A stretch of 26,282 nucleotides of DNA from Pseudomonadota bacterium (GCA_027296525.1 JAPUJA010000272.1:1-26282), one strand, 5' to 3'; counted from the stretch's first letter, positions 1 to 9,107 are shown. Numbers and translations: made by a program. Notes: generated from the letters alone by a model not told the origin.

Positions 1-81
1 GTCGAGCCCGAAGACCGCCAGCGCGGCAAGAAGACGGGGTCCCGCCTCTCGGTGGTGACGGGCGGGAAAAGCGACCGGTAG
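1..81 (+). CDS. 3' end of an upstream gene (partial, ...VEPEDRQRGKKTGSRLSVVTGGKSDR*), product not identifiable
   Basis: Frame 1 is open from base 1 to TAG at 79-81, with GC-rich codon usage and a charged C-terminal tail; same orientation as the amidase 50 nt downstream. Confidence 0.5.
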   Translation, partial: VEPEDRQRGKKTGSRLSVVTGGKSDR

Positions 82-131
82 CGAGAACCGGGCCGGGCCG
101 CGTGGGGCTCGAGCAAGCGGGGGAGAGCGCG

Positions 132-1532
132 ATGACGGACGACGTTGCCCGGCAAACGGCGATTGAACTCCTCGGGCACTACCGGCGCAAATCGCTATCG
201 CCCGTCGACGCCGCAAAGGCCGTCATCGATCGCATCCGCACGAAGGACGGCGCGCTGAACGCGTTCTGTCTGGTCGACGAAGAGGCGGCGCTCGCGGCCG
301 CTCGGCAGTCCGAGGCGCGTTGGGCCGAAGGAGAACCCCGAGGACGGCTGGACGGCGTGCCCGTCTTGATAAAGGACCTCGTTCTCACCAAGGGCTGGCC
401 GACACGACGCGGCTCGAAGACGGTCGATCCGGACCAGCCCTGGGACACCGATGCGCCAAGCGTTGCCCGGCTGCGCGAACAGGGCGCGGTGCTGATCGGC
501 AAGACCACGACGCCCGAGTTCGGCTGGAAGGGCGTGACCGACAGCCCGCTCACCGGCGTCAGCCGAAATCCCTGGGACACCGCGCTCACCCCTGGCGGCA
601 GCAGCGGTGGAAGCGCGGCCGCGGTGATCGCCGGCATGGCCCCCTTGAGCATCGGAACCGACGGCGGCGGGTCGATCCGCATCCCCGCCGCGTTCTGCGG
701 CGCCGTCGGCATGAAGGCGAGTTTCGGTCGGGTGCCCGCCTATCCGCCGAGCCCGTTCGGCACACTCGCCCATGTCGGTCCGATCGCGCGCACGGTGCCC
801 GATGCCGCCCTCATGTTGAGCGTGATCGCCGGGTCCGACGCCCGCGATTGGCACGCGCTGCCCAGTGACGGCCGGGATTACGGTGACGGGCTGAACGATG
901 GCGTGAAGGGTCTGCGCGTCGCCTTCAGCAAGGACCTGGGATATGCCAAGGTCGAGGGCGAGGTGGCCGGTGCCGTTTCACGGGCCGCGCACGCCTTCGA
1001 GGACTTGGGCGCGATTGTCGAGGAGGTCCACCCGGGATTTGAAAACCCTCACGATAGCTTCCTTGTCCCCTGGTTTGTCGGGGCCGCGCGCGCGATCGGC
1101 GCATTGACGCCGGCTCAACGCAGGCTCGTCGATCCCGGGCTTCTCGAGATCGCGGAGAAGGGCGCAGGCTACAGCCTGGACGACTATCTGGATGCCGGGC
1201 ACTACCGCACGGCGATCGGCACCAAGATGCGGCTCTTCCACGAGCGTTACGATCTGCTTCTCACGCCGACCATGCCGCTCGTCGCCTTCGCCGCGGGGCA
1301 GAACTTCCCCACGATCGGTGACAATCAACGCTGGCTCGACTGGAGCCCGTTTACCTATCCCTTCAATTTCACGGGCCAGCCCGCGATCTCCGTGCCATGC
1401 GGCTTCACCGATTCCGGGCTGCCTGTGGGCCTGCAGATCATCGCGACGAATTACGCCGACGCCCTCGTCCTGCGCGCCGCCCAGGCCTATCAAGGCGGCC
1501 ACCCCGAAACCGTTCGGCAACCTGCAATTTGA
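132..1532 (+). CDS. Amidase signature family enzyme (substrate unknown)
   Basis: GGSSGGSAAAV and GTDGGGSIRIPA amidase-signature motifs, catalytic Lys region VLIKD, C-terminal GLPVGLQI. ATG at 132 follows GGAGAG (122-127), preferred to the GTG at 102. Confidence 0.92.
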   Translation: MTDDVARQTAIELLGHYRRKSLSPVDAAKAVIDRIRTKDGALNAFCLVDEEAALAAARQSEARWAEGEPRGRLDGVPVLIKDLVLTKGWPTRRGSKTVDPDQPWDTDAPSVARLREQGAVLIGKTTTPEFGWKGVTDSPLTGVSRNPWDTALTPGGSSGGSAAAVIAGMAPLSIGTDGGGSIRIPAAFCGAVGMKASFGRVPAYPPSPFGTLAHVGPIARTVPDAALMLSVIAGSDARDWHALPSDGRDYGDGLNDGVKGLRVAFSKDLGYAKVEGEVAGAVSRAAHAFEDLGAIVEEVHPGFENPHDSFLVPWFVGAARAIGALTPAQRRLVDPGLLEIAEKGAGYSLDDYLDAGHYRTAIGTKMRLFHERYDLLLTPTMPLVAFAAGQNFPTIGDNQRWLDWSPFTYPFNFTGQPAISVPCGFTDSGLPVGLQIIATNYADALVLRAAQAYQGGHPETVRQPAI

Positions 1533-1583
1533 AATCGAAGGCCTGCAATTTGAAATCGAAGGCCTGCAATTTGAAATCGAAGG
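1521..1583. repeat. Three perfect tandem copies of the 21-bp unit CCTGCAATTTGAAATCGAAGG
   Basis: Read directly: copies at 1521-1541, 1542-1562 and 1563-1583. The first contains the amidase TGA (1530-1532); the last supplies GAAGG(A) just before ATG 1585. Confidence 0.97.
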
Positions 1584-1584
1584 A

Positions 1585-1824
1585 ATGACTCGTCTGCGTA
1601 TCGGCGAAGAGGTCACTTTGGCCGAACTTCCGTCCTGGGTCGAGGATCTGCCGGCCGAGTCGCGAGCCGTTTTCCAGTTTTGTCTGGGCCGGACGTATCC
1701 CGTGAGCGGCATAACCGACGACGGACTCGTGATTCTCGACGTCAGCGCCGACGTCGATAGGCGTTTCGGCGGATACGCCAACGACCTTCGCGTCGAGCCG
1801 GTCTATCTGCGACGGGAGCCCTGA
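1585..1824 (+). CDS. Small hypothetical protein (79 aa, MTRLRIGEEVTLAELP...), possibly SH3/KOW-like beta fold
   Basis: ATG at 1585 after GAAGGA, stop TGA 1822-1824, plausible codon usage and globular-looking composition. The fold guess rests only on the RIGEEVTL-type start and alternating beta-strand pattern. Confidence 0.65.
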   Translation: MTRLRIGEEVTLAELPSWVEDLPAESRAVFQFCLGRTYPVSGITDDGLVILDVSADVDRRFGGYANDLRVEPVYLRREP

Positions 1825-1826
1825 AA

Positions 1827-1846
1827 CCAGGCCTTCGCCAGCCTGG
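1827..1846 (+). terminator. GC hairpin immediately after the small ORF (possible terminator or RNA stability element)
   Basis: CCAGGC-cttcgcca-GCCTGG, a 6-bp stem with 8-nt loop; no adjacent U-tract, so not a classic intrinsic terminator. Confidence 0.3.
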
Positions 1847-1855
1847 CCGCCGCAC

Positions 1856-1874
1856 TTTAGACTTCATTAACCAT
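1856..1874 (+). promoter_or_regulatory. Putative CtrA binding site
   Basis: TTTA-gacttca-TTAACCAT matches TTAA-N7-TTAAC with one mismatch and includes the TTAACCAT half-site; lies in an AT-rich patch about 310 nt upstream of a cell-wall carboxypeptidase gene. Confidence 0.5.
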
Positions 1875-2182
1875 TTTTTCAGCTATTCCCTCTAACAGAC
1901 TAGATAGGCTAAGTTTTCGCCAATCGTTCCGCCCGAAACCCGGCTCCGGGAAGGGCGCGTCGAGTCGGTGGATACGCGCCTGGACGACGCCTCGGGAGAT
2001 GCCGGTCCGGTTTGGCGCAAGAACGCTGCGGCGTCCGCTCGGTCGAGCGAGATCCGTGACGGGGGCCGGACAAATCTTGAGGCGATGGATGGACAAAGCT
2101 CTGGCGCGACGGTAGTTATCTGATCGGGGCGCATGAGAGGGTGTGGAAGCGCCGCTTCGAAAGGGTGGGGAAACATACACAA

Positions 2183-3370
2183 ATGCTCCTGAATTTTTTT
2201 AAACGGGTTCCGCGAACACTGGTGATTGCGGGCGTTGCGCTCGCTTTCTCGATGACGTTCGTCCATGGGGCGGCGGCGAAATACGCATCGATCGTGATCG
2301 AAGAGAGCACCGGCGAGGTCTTGTATTCGCGTAACGCGGATACCAAGAATTATCCGGCCTCACTCACGAAGTTGATGACTCTCTATCTGCTCTTCGAAAC
2401 CCTCGATGCCCACATCCTCTACTTCGATGATGTCTTGACGGCCTCGACGCGCGCGGCCGGACAGCCGCCATCGAAGCTGGGCCTTCGCAAGGGCAACAAG
2501 ATTTCCGTGCACGACGCGATACTCGCGCTCGTGGTCAAATCGGCCAACGATGTCGCCACCGTCGTCGCCGAGGAGCTCGGTGGAACGGAAGTCGAGTTTG
2601 CGAAGATGATGACCGCGAAGGCCCGGTCTCTCGGCATGTCGAACACGACGTTTCGGAACGCCTCGGGCCTTCCGAACAAGCGCCAATTGAGCAGCGCGCG
2701 CGACATAGCGACGCTCGCCTTTGCGATGCGGCGGGACTTTCCGCATTACTATCATTATTTTTCGATGCCTGAGTTCGACTTCGGCACGAAGAAGATTCGG
2801 ACTCACAATCGCATGTTGGCCAACTACCCGGGTACGGATGGCCTGAAGACCGGGTATACCCATGCGTCGGGGTTCAACATCGTTATTTCCGTCGAGCGTA
2901 ATGGCGATCGCTTGATCGGCGTGGTCTTTGGCGGCAACACGGCGGCCTCGCGGGACCGCCACATGGAGAAGCTGCTCGATCAGTCCTTCGCCGTCCTCGA
3001 CGAACGGCGCGAGGAGCAAGCGCGTGTCAGGGAGGCGATCATCGAGAGCGCACCGCCGCTCAGGCTTGTGGGCGAGACCTCCCGTTTCGATGGATCGTGG
3101 GGGATTCAGATCGGCGCCTACCAGTCGATCGACGCGGCGACCCGCGCGCTTCAGTTCGCGAACCATAAGATTCCCGATCTGCTCGCTCCGGCCGGTCCGG
3201 CTCTCGTTCCGATCGAGCATAACGGGCACACGCTCTACCGTGCCCGTTACCTTGGCCTCGACCCCGATCAGGCCAAAGGGGCCTGCCGGCATCTCGCGGG
3301 TTCCGCGATTCCCTGTTTCGTCGTGCGCCAGAGCGAAGAGGATAAGACGCTCGCGCTCACCTCCTCCTAG
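2183..3370 (+). CDS. D-alanyl-D-alanine carboxypeptidase (peptidase S11, class C PBP) with C-terminal SPOR domain
   Basis: SxxK (ASLTK), SxN (KSAND) and KTG (LKTGY) motifs; N-terminal signal-like segment; C-terminal WGIQIGAY...LYRARY...AC SPOR pattern. ATG 2183 chosen; GTG 2141 is an alternative. Confidence 0.92.
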   Translation: MLLNFFKRVPRTLVIAGVALAFSMTFVHGAAAKYASIVIEESTGEVLYSRNADTKNYPASLTKLMTLYLLFETLDAHILYFDDVLTASTRAAGQPPSKLGLRKGNKISVHDAILALVVKSANDVATVVAEELGGTEVEFAKMMTAKARSLGMSNTTFRNASGLPNKRQLSSARDIATLAFAMRRDFPHYYHYFSMPEFDFGTKKIRTHNRMLANYPGTDGLKTGYTHASGFNIVISVERNGDRLIGVVFGGNTAASRDRHMEKLLDQSFAVLDERREEQARVREAIIESAPPLRLVGETSRFDGSWGIQIGAYQSIDAATRALQFANHKIPDLLAPAGPALVPIEHNGHTLYRARYLGLDPDQAKGACRHLAGSAIPCFVVRQSEEDKTLALTSS

Positions 3371-3627
3371 CCCCGGACGCCTGCCGCGTTGGCGCGTGCG
3401 TCGATTGCCGGCCCCCTCGAATTGGAAGAATAGGGGCAGCCTGGGGAAGAGGACGAGCGTTCCATCGGATAGCAGGCGTCACGCGGGGACAGGCGACGGC
3501 GAAGGCGGCGTCTTGACGGTCGCCAATTTGCCGCGATGGGGGGATAATCCCATCGTCGAGGCGCCCGAGAAGCGGTTGCCGGGAGGCGCCAAGACCGAGC
3601 CAGCAAGACGCGCCGACAACATCGCTA

Positions 3628-5751
3628 ATGACTGAGTTCTTTCAACCCGTTCTCGACACGATCGCCCAATATCCCGAGTGGGCCGGCCTGATCATCTTCC
3701 TCATGGCCGCGATCGAAACCATCGTCGGGATCGGCTATCTCATCCCCGGCACCTGGCTCATGCTGAGCTTTGGTCTTCTGGTCGGTACGGGCGGAATTCG
3801 TTTCGACATCGCCGTGATCGCGCTCGCCTCAGGCGGCATCGTCGGCGATGCCGCCGGCTACTGGATCGGCAAGCATTACGGCCGCCGGCTGTTCGGGACC
3901 CGCTTTTTCCGGAAGCATCAGGCCCTCGTCACCAGGTCGGAAAGATTCTTCGCCCGGCATGGCGGCAAGGCCGTGTTCCTCGCGCGCATGCTCGGGCCGG
4001 TGCGACCCCTCGTGCCGTTCTTCGCTGGGATGGCGCGGATGAACATCGTGAAGTTCACGATTTGCAACATTACTTCCGCGATCGTCGCCGCTGTCGCTCA
4101 CCTTGTGCCCGGCATGGCCGTGGGTCTCGGCTTGCAGTTCACCGGGGCAATGACGTGGCGGCTCGTCGTGCTGATCGTCCTCGTTACCTTGCTCGCCTGG
4201 CTCTTCTACGAAGTCGCGCGTCGGGGCATGCGGTTCGCCAATACGACCGGGCCGCGCCTTGCCGAACGTCTGACCGCATGGGGGCACGCGCCTGAACGCC
4301 GCGCGAGCGGCCTCGGGTCCTTTGCCGCAGCCGCGATCCTTCCCTTCGTCGATCCACGCCACCGCGCCGCCGTCGCGATGGCCTTTCTCGGCATCGTGGC
4401 GCTCTCCTGCTTCATCGGCGTGACGCTTCTGCTCCGCGAGGTCATCGACGGCAATCCCATCAATCACGCCAACCGCGCCGTACTCGAATTCCTGAACGGC
4501 TTGCACACCCCGTGGGCCGATCGGGTGATGAGCATTTTCCTCGGGCTGGGAAGCGCCTCGGTGCTCGTGCCGCTCGTCGCCGCCGTTCTGGTCATCCTCG
4601 CGGCGCGCCGGGATTGGATGATCGGAGGTTACTGGACGCTCACCGCCCTGTTCGCCTACGCGACCGCCACCGTGCTCGAGATGGTGGTTCCGGCGGGGGC
4701 ATCCGGTGCGGCCGGATATGATGCCTTCCCGAGCAGCCATGCGGCCATCTGGGTGGTCTTGTTGGGCTATCTCGCGATTCTCTGTCTGCCCGTCGTGAGG
4801 GGCCGCCGCTGGCAGCTCACGATTCTTTTCGCGGCGTCGGCGCTCGTGGCCGTGATCAGTTTTTCGCAACTCTATTTCGGTGTCCTGGTGATCTCGAGCC
4901 TTGCCGGGGGTCTCTTGCTGGGTCTCGGTTGGCTCGCCGTTCTGACGGTCGTCACCCGGCGCCGGATACCCACTCCTCTTCCGCCCTGGGGGCGTACCCT
5001 GGGCCTGACCTCCTTCGCCGTGCTGATCGTGGCCGGCAGCCTGAGCTTTGCCACGAACGGAGACGAGCCACTGATCAGCCGGGCGCGCTCCGAGACGCAC
5101 CAATTGGTCACGCTCGACGCCTGGCAACGCCATGCCTGGCGCGAGCTTCCCGCCTACCGGAGCGATTTCGTCGGCGCACTCGAGGAGCCCCTCAACGTCC
5201 AGCTCTCAGGCGATCCGGCGTTTTTCCGCGCCGCGATGGCGATGGCCGGATGGCGCGACGCGCCGGTCTGGGACACCATCCAGACCGTGATCTTTCTGAC
5301 CGGCGCGGGCGGGGACGGCCCCGACGGAGGTCCGGTTCTTCCCCGATTTTGGGACGGCCAGCGCGAAACCTTGGTGCTCGTCAAGCCCGATGCGCGGGGG
5401 CGGCTCGTCCTGCGCCTGTGGGACAATGGACAGCGGATGGTCCCGAGCGGCGAATTCCTTCTGATCGGGACGGTCGAGCGCGAGCTGGAGCGCCGTCCGT
5501 TGGTTTTCGGCACGATTCGCCTGCCGCCGCGCGCCGGTTCCTTCTCGGAAGCCGCACGTCTTCTCGCCGTCGATGCAGGCGACGCCGAGCTTCTCAAGCG
5601 GGTGGAGACGGAGCTTCCCGATGGCGCGAAAGCCGGTCTCGCATCCTGGGACGGAACGACCGCCATCATCCGCTTGGAACCCGGCTGGAAAGAAATTCGC
5701 GCGCCCGAGCCGTTCCATTTACGCTGGACGGCATTTGCGCCCCATGGCTAA
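3628..5751 (+). CDS. DedA / PAP2-like / LssY C-terminal multidomain membrane protein
   Basis: N-terminal DedA motifs (IETIVGIGYLIPG; FFARHGGKAVFLARMLGPVRPLVPFFAGMARM), central membrane segment with FPSSH (PAP2 C2-like), soluble C-terminal domain starting EEPLNVQLSG (LssY_C-like). Confidence 0.85.
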   Translation: MTEFFQPVLDTIAQYPEWAGLIIFLMAAIETIVGIGYLIPGTWLMLSFGLLVGTGGIRFDIAVIALASGGIVGDAAGYWIGKHYGRRLFGTRFFRKHQALVTRSERFFARHGGKAVFLARMLGPVRPLVPFFAGMARMNIVKFTICNITSAIVAAVAHLVPGMAVGLGLQFTGAMTWRLVVLIVLVTLLAWLFYEVARRGMRFANTTGPRLAERLTAWGHAPERRASGLGSFAAAAILPFVDPRHRAAVAMAFLGIVALSCFIGVTLLLREVIDGNPINHANRAVLEFLNGLHTPWADRVMSIFLGLGSASVLVPLVAAVLVILAARRDWMIGGYWTLTALFAYATATVLEMVVPAGASGAAGYDAFPSSHAAIWVVLLGYLAILCLPVVRGRRWQLTILFAASALVAVISFSQLYFGVLVISSLAGGLLLGLGWLAVLTVVTRRRIPTPLPPWGRTLGLTSFAVLIVAGSLSFATNGDEPLISRARSETHQLVTLDAWQRHAWRELPAYRSDFVGALEEPLNVQLSGDPAFFRAAMAMAGWRDAPVWDTIQTVIFLTGAGGDGPDGGPVLPRFWDGQRETLVLVKPDARGRLVLRLWDNGQRMVPSGEFLLIGTVERELERRPLVFGTIRLPPRAGSFSEAARLLAVDAGDAELLKRVETELPDGAKAGLASWDGTTAIIRLEPGWKEIRAPEPFHLRWTAFAPHG

Positions 5752-5797
5752 ATGAATCCCCACTTTTCAGGGCGCACGCGTTGCTTCAACGGAAGCG

Positions 5798-6589
5798 ATG
5801 TCCGATAAATCAGACCCACCGAGCGATAAGAAGCCCGAAGGTCAGTGGCCGCGCGGGCCACTGATTCAACCGGCCAAGAAAACCCTGTTGCGGCGGCTGC
5901 GCAACTATCTGGTGACGGGGATCATCGTCACCGCGCCCATCGGCATCACTCTCTGGCTAATCTGGGCCTTCGTCAGCTTCGTCGACCAAAAGATCCTGCC
6001 GCTTCTTCCCGAGAAGTACCGTCCCGAAGAGATTCTGCAGTTCAGCGTCCCGGGCATCGGGGTCCTGATCGTTCTGGTCTTCTTGATCCTCGCCGGGATG
6101 TTCACGAGTGGCTTCGTGGGGCGCTTCTACCTGCGCATCGGCGAGCGGCTGCTCGATCGCATGCCGGTCGTGCGCCACGTCTATGGCGCCCTCAAACAGG
6201 TCTTCGAAGCCGTGCTTTCCCAGAAGGAGCGCGCCTTTCGGGAGGTCGTGCTGGTGGAATACCCGCGCCGCGGCATTTGGGTGCTGGGCTTCGTGACGAG
6301 CACGAGCAAAGGCGAGATTCAGAACCGGTTCGACGAAACTGTCGCCAATGTCTTCGTTCCCACGACCCCCAACCCGACCTCGGGCTTTCTGCTCTTCGTG
6401 CCACGCGGCGATCTGATCCATCTGGATCTGACGATCGAGGAGGGGGCCAAGCTCGTCATCTCCGGCGGCATCGTCACGCCGCCGGATCGGCGCTCGAGCG
6501 AGCGCCAGACGGCTGAGAGCGTGACGGCCTATGGCGGCGACCCGGCGGGCCGGAGCGAGGAAGAGGAGCCGAAGCTTCCCGCCGGCTAG
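5798..6589 (+). CDS. DUF502 family membrane protein
   Basis: LRNYLVTGIIVTAPIGIT start, EYPRRGIWVLGFVT and VFVPTTPNPTSGFL motifs; usual neighbour of recG in alphaproteobacteria. Confidence 0.9.
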   Translation: MSDKSDPPSDKKPEGQWPRGPLIQPAKKTLLRRLRNYLVTGIIVTAPIGITLWLIWAFVSFVDQKILPLLPEKYRPEEILQFSVPGIGVLIVLVFLILAGMFTSGFVGRFYLRIGERLLDRMPVVRHVYGALKQVFEAVLSQKERAFREVVLVEYPRRGIWVLGFVTSTSKGEIQNRFDETVANVFVPTTPNPTSGFLLFVPRGDLIHLDLTIEEGAKLVISGGIVTPPDRRSSERQTAESVTAYGGDPAGRSEEEEPKLPAG

Positions 6590-8667
6590 CCGGAGCGCAG
6601 CAGCTTGACCGCGCTGTTTCGCTCGAACAGGTAGAGCAGCACGCGCAAGGCTTCGCCGCGCGCCGTCTCCAAGGCCTGATCCCGTTCCATCACGAGCCGG
6701 GTATCATCGCGCGCCGCGCCCAAGAGCGCGTCATGGGCGGCGAGATCGGCGAGGCGGAAAGACGCCATGCCGCTTTGACGGGTGCCGAGAAGCTCCCCGG
6801 CGCCGCGCAATCGGAGATCTTCTTCGGCGATGCGAAAACCGTTATTGGTCCGGCGCATGATCCGAAGCCTCTTCTTCGCCGTCTCGCTCAAGGGTGAGGC
6901 GTAGAGAAGCAGACAGGTCCCCCCCCGCTCGCCGCGCCCGACTCGGCCGCGCAGCTGGTGGAGCTGGGCGAGGCCGAAGCGCTCGGCGTGCTCGATGACC
7001 ATGACCGTCGCCTCGGGCACATCGACACCGACCTCGATGACGGTCGTCGCCACGAGAATATCGATTTCACCGGCCGTGAAGCTTGCCATCGTCCGGTCCT
7101 TCTCAGAGCCCGTCATCCGGCCGTGGATCAAGCCCACCCGGTCGCCGAAATCCGGCCGGAGCCCGGCGTGACGTTCGGTCGCGGCCGCAAGGTCGAGGGC
7201 CTCGGACTCCTCCACCAAAGGACAGACCCAATAGACCCGCGCGCCGTCGGCAATCGCGCGTTTGAGCGCCGCCGTCACGTCGACCATGCGCTCGAGGGCG
7301 ATCAGGCGCGTGTCGACCGGCTGCCGCCCAGGCGGCTTTTCGGTCAGGCGCGAGACGTCCATGTCGCCGTAAACCGTCATCAGGAGCGTGCGGGGAATCG
7401 GCGTCGCCGTCATGACAAGAACATCGACGCCTCGCCCCTTGGCCAGCAGGCTCATGCGCTGATGAACACCGAAGCGATGTTGCTCGTCGATGATCGCGAG
7501 TGCGAGATCCTTGAAATCGACGCCTTGCTGGAAGAGCGCGTGGGTGCCGATGATGAGATCGAGCTCACCACGCGCCAGACGTCCGAGCACCTCCTCGCGC
7601 GCCTTGCCCTTGTCGCGGCCGGTGAGCAGGGCGACGTCGAGCCCGCCCTGGCGCGCGATGGGCTCGATGGTGGCCATATGCTGACGGGCGAGAATCTCGG
7701 TGGGCGCCATCAAGGCCGCCTGTCCGCCGGCCTCGACGGCGATCAACGTGGCGAACAGGGCGACCACGGTCTTGCCGCTTCCGACATCGCCTTGGAGCAG
7801 ACGGACCATGCGCGTGGCCGTCCCCATGTTGGCCTCGATCTCCGCGATCACTTTCTCCTGGGTGCCGGTCAAGCGAAACGGCAGATGCTCGAGCACCTTC
7901 CCGCGCAGGCGGCCATCGCCCGCGATCGAACGGCCGGGGCGGTGCCGCTGATGCGCTCGGGTGAGCGCCAAGGCGAGCTGATTGGCGAGCAGCTCGTCAT
8001 AGGCGAGGCGCTCGCGCGCCGGCGCGGTCGGTTCGAGCTCGGCCTCGCCTTGGGGCCCGTGCACGGTGATGACCGCCGCCCGCCCGGCGGGCCACGCCTT
8101 GCGCCGCCGGAATTCGGGATCGAGCCATTCCGGTAACTCAGGCGCGCGCTCGAGCGCTCCCCTGATGGCGCGCGCCAACGGCTTCAAGGTGAGGCCGGCG
8201 GTCAGGGGGTAGACCGGTTCGACCGACGGGAGAGCGTCGATCTCCTCGAGGGGAGCGATATGATCCGGATGGGTCATCTGGATCTCGTTGCCGTAATGCT
8301 CGACGCGCCCGCTGACGACGCGTGTCTCGCCGATCGGCAGGACCCGGCGCAGATAATCCTCGCGCGGGTGGAAGAAGACGAGATAGATCGAACCGGTTTC
8401 GTCGGAGCCGTGGACCTTGTAGGGCCGGCGCGAGCCGTGCGCTGGAAGATGCCCTTCGATATGCAAGGTGAGGGTCGCGATCCGCCCGGCCGGCGCTTGG
8501 GCGACCTTGGGCGCGAAACGGCGATCGATCAGCCCCGTCGGCAGATGCCAAAGCAGGTCCACGACATGCGGTCCCGCGAGATCCTCGATCAATCGGCCGA
8601 TTCGAGGCCCCACCCCGGACAGGCTGGTCGCCGGCGCAAACAGAGGAAACAGGATTTCAGGACGCAT
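6586..8667 (-). CDS. recG: ATP-dependent DNA helicase RecG
   Basis: MRPEILFPLFAP start (ATG 8667), QGDVGSGKT Walker A, DEQHRFG, MTATPIPRT, QLHQLRGRVGRG, EEDLRLRGAGELLG. Confidence 0.97.
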   Translation of the reverse strand: MRPEILFPLFAPATSLSGVGPRIGRLIEDLAGPHVVDLLWHLPTGLIDRRFAPKVAQAPAGRIATLTLHIEGHLPAHGSRRPYKVHGSDETGSIYLVFFHPREDYLRRVLPIGETRVVSGRVEHYGNEIQMTHPDHIAPLEEIDALPSVEPVYPLTAGLTLKPLARAIRGALERAPELPEWLDPEFRRRKAWPAGRAAVITVHGPQGEAELEPTAPARERLAYDELLANQLALALTRAHQRHRPGRSIAGDGRLRGKVLEHLPFRLTGTQEKVIAEIEANMGTATRMVRLLQGDVGSGKTVVALFATLIAVEAGGQAALMAPTEILARQHMATIEPIARQGGLDVALLTGRDKGKAREEVLGRLARGELDLIIGTHALFQQGVDFKDLALAIIDEQHRFGVHQRMSLLAKGRGVDVLVMTATPIPRTLLMTVYGDMDVSRLTEKPPGRQPVDTRLIALERMVDVTAALKRAIADGARVYWVCPLVEESEALDLAAATERHAGLRPDFGDRVGLIHGRMTGSEKDRTMASFTAGEIDILVATTVIEVGVDVPEATVMVIEHAERFGLAQLHQLRGRVGRGERGGTCLLLYASPLSETAKKRLRIMRRTNNGFRIAEEDLRLRGAGELLGTRQSGMASFRLADLAAHDALLGAARDDTRLVMERDQALETARGEALRVLLYLFERNSAVKLLRSG

Positions 8668-8834
8668 AAGCGGGCTCACCCGTGAGGGAGGGGAAGACCT
8701 TATCCGAGGACCCATACCCTGCCAACATTCCGGGGCATCTGGCTAAGCCATGAGGACGCTCGAGGCCCCCCTGGTGCCTTGTCCGAGCGTCCTATAATGT
8801 GGCGCGGGCCGTTGGAACCCCGGACCATTGCGAC

Positions 8835-9107
8835 ATGCGCAACGACGACACGATTCGACGCAAACGTATCTTGTTCCGGTGCCGCCATCGCGGCTCGAAG
8901 GAGTCTGACCTGCTCCTCGGCCGCTTCGCCGAGAGTCATATCCCGGATTTCGACGCGGCGCAGCTTGGCCGGCTCGAGAGCCTTATCGAGAACGACGACC
9001 CCAGCCTCTACGCCTGGATAACCGGTCGCCGGCCGGTGCCCCCGCGCTACGACAGCGACGTCATGGCGCTCCTGAAGGATTTTTCGAAGACAAACGTCGG
9101 GTCGTGA
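8835..9107 (+). CDS. sdhE: Succinate dehydrogenase assembly factor (SdhE/Sdh5, FAD assembly)
   Basis: RRKRILFRCRHRGSKESDLLLGRFA contains the RGxxE motif; NDDPSLYAWITG; sits between recG and mfd. ATG 8835; a TATAAT at 8793-8798 may be its -10. Confidence 0.92.
   Translation: MRNDDTIRRKRILFRCRHRGSKESDLLLGRFAESHIPDFDAAQLGRLESLIENDDPSLYAWITGRRPVPPRYDSDVMALLKDFSKTNVGS

Noticed and set aside
132-1532. gatA (Glu-tRNA amidotransferase subunit A)
   Set aside because: Amidase signature is shared by the whole family; no gatC/gatB alongside and no GatA-specific segments recognised.
1521-1583. CRISPR array (palindromic repeats containing an ATTTGAAA motif reminiscent of CRISPR repeat ends)
   Set aside because: Copies are head-to-tail with no spacers, and no cas genes are in the window.
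1192-1824. 210-aa ORF from the track overlapping the amidase 3' end
   Set aside because: The first 130 codons are an off-frame shadow of the amidase with Arg/Ser/Pro-rich composition; only the part from ATG 1585 looks like a real gene.
3513-3555. TTGACG...GATAAT promoter with a CGATGGG/CCCATCG hairpin upstream of the DedA fusion
   Set aside because: The spacer is 24 nt, too long for sigma70, and a 7-bp GC stem is unremarkable at this GC content.
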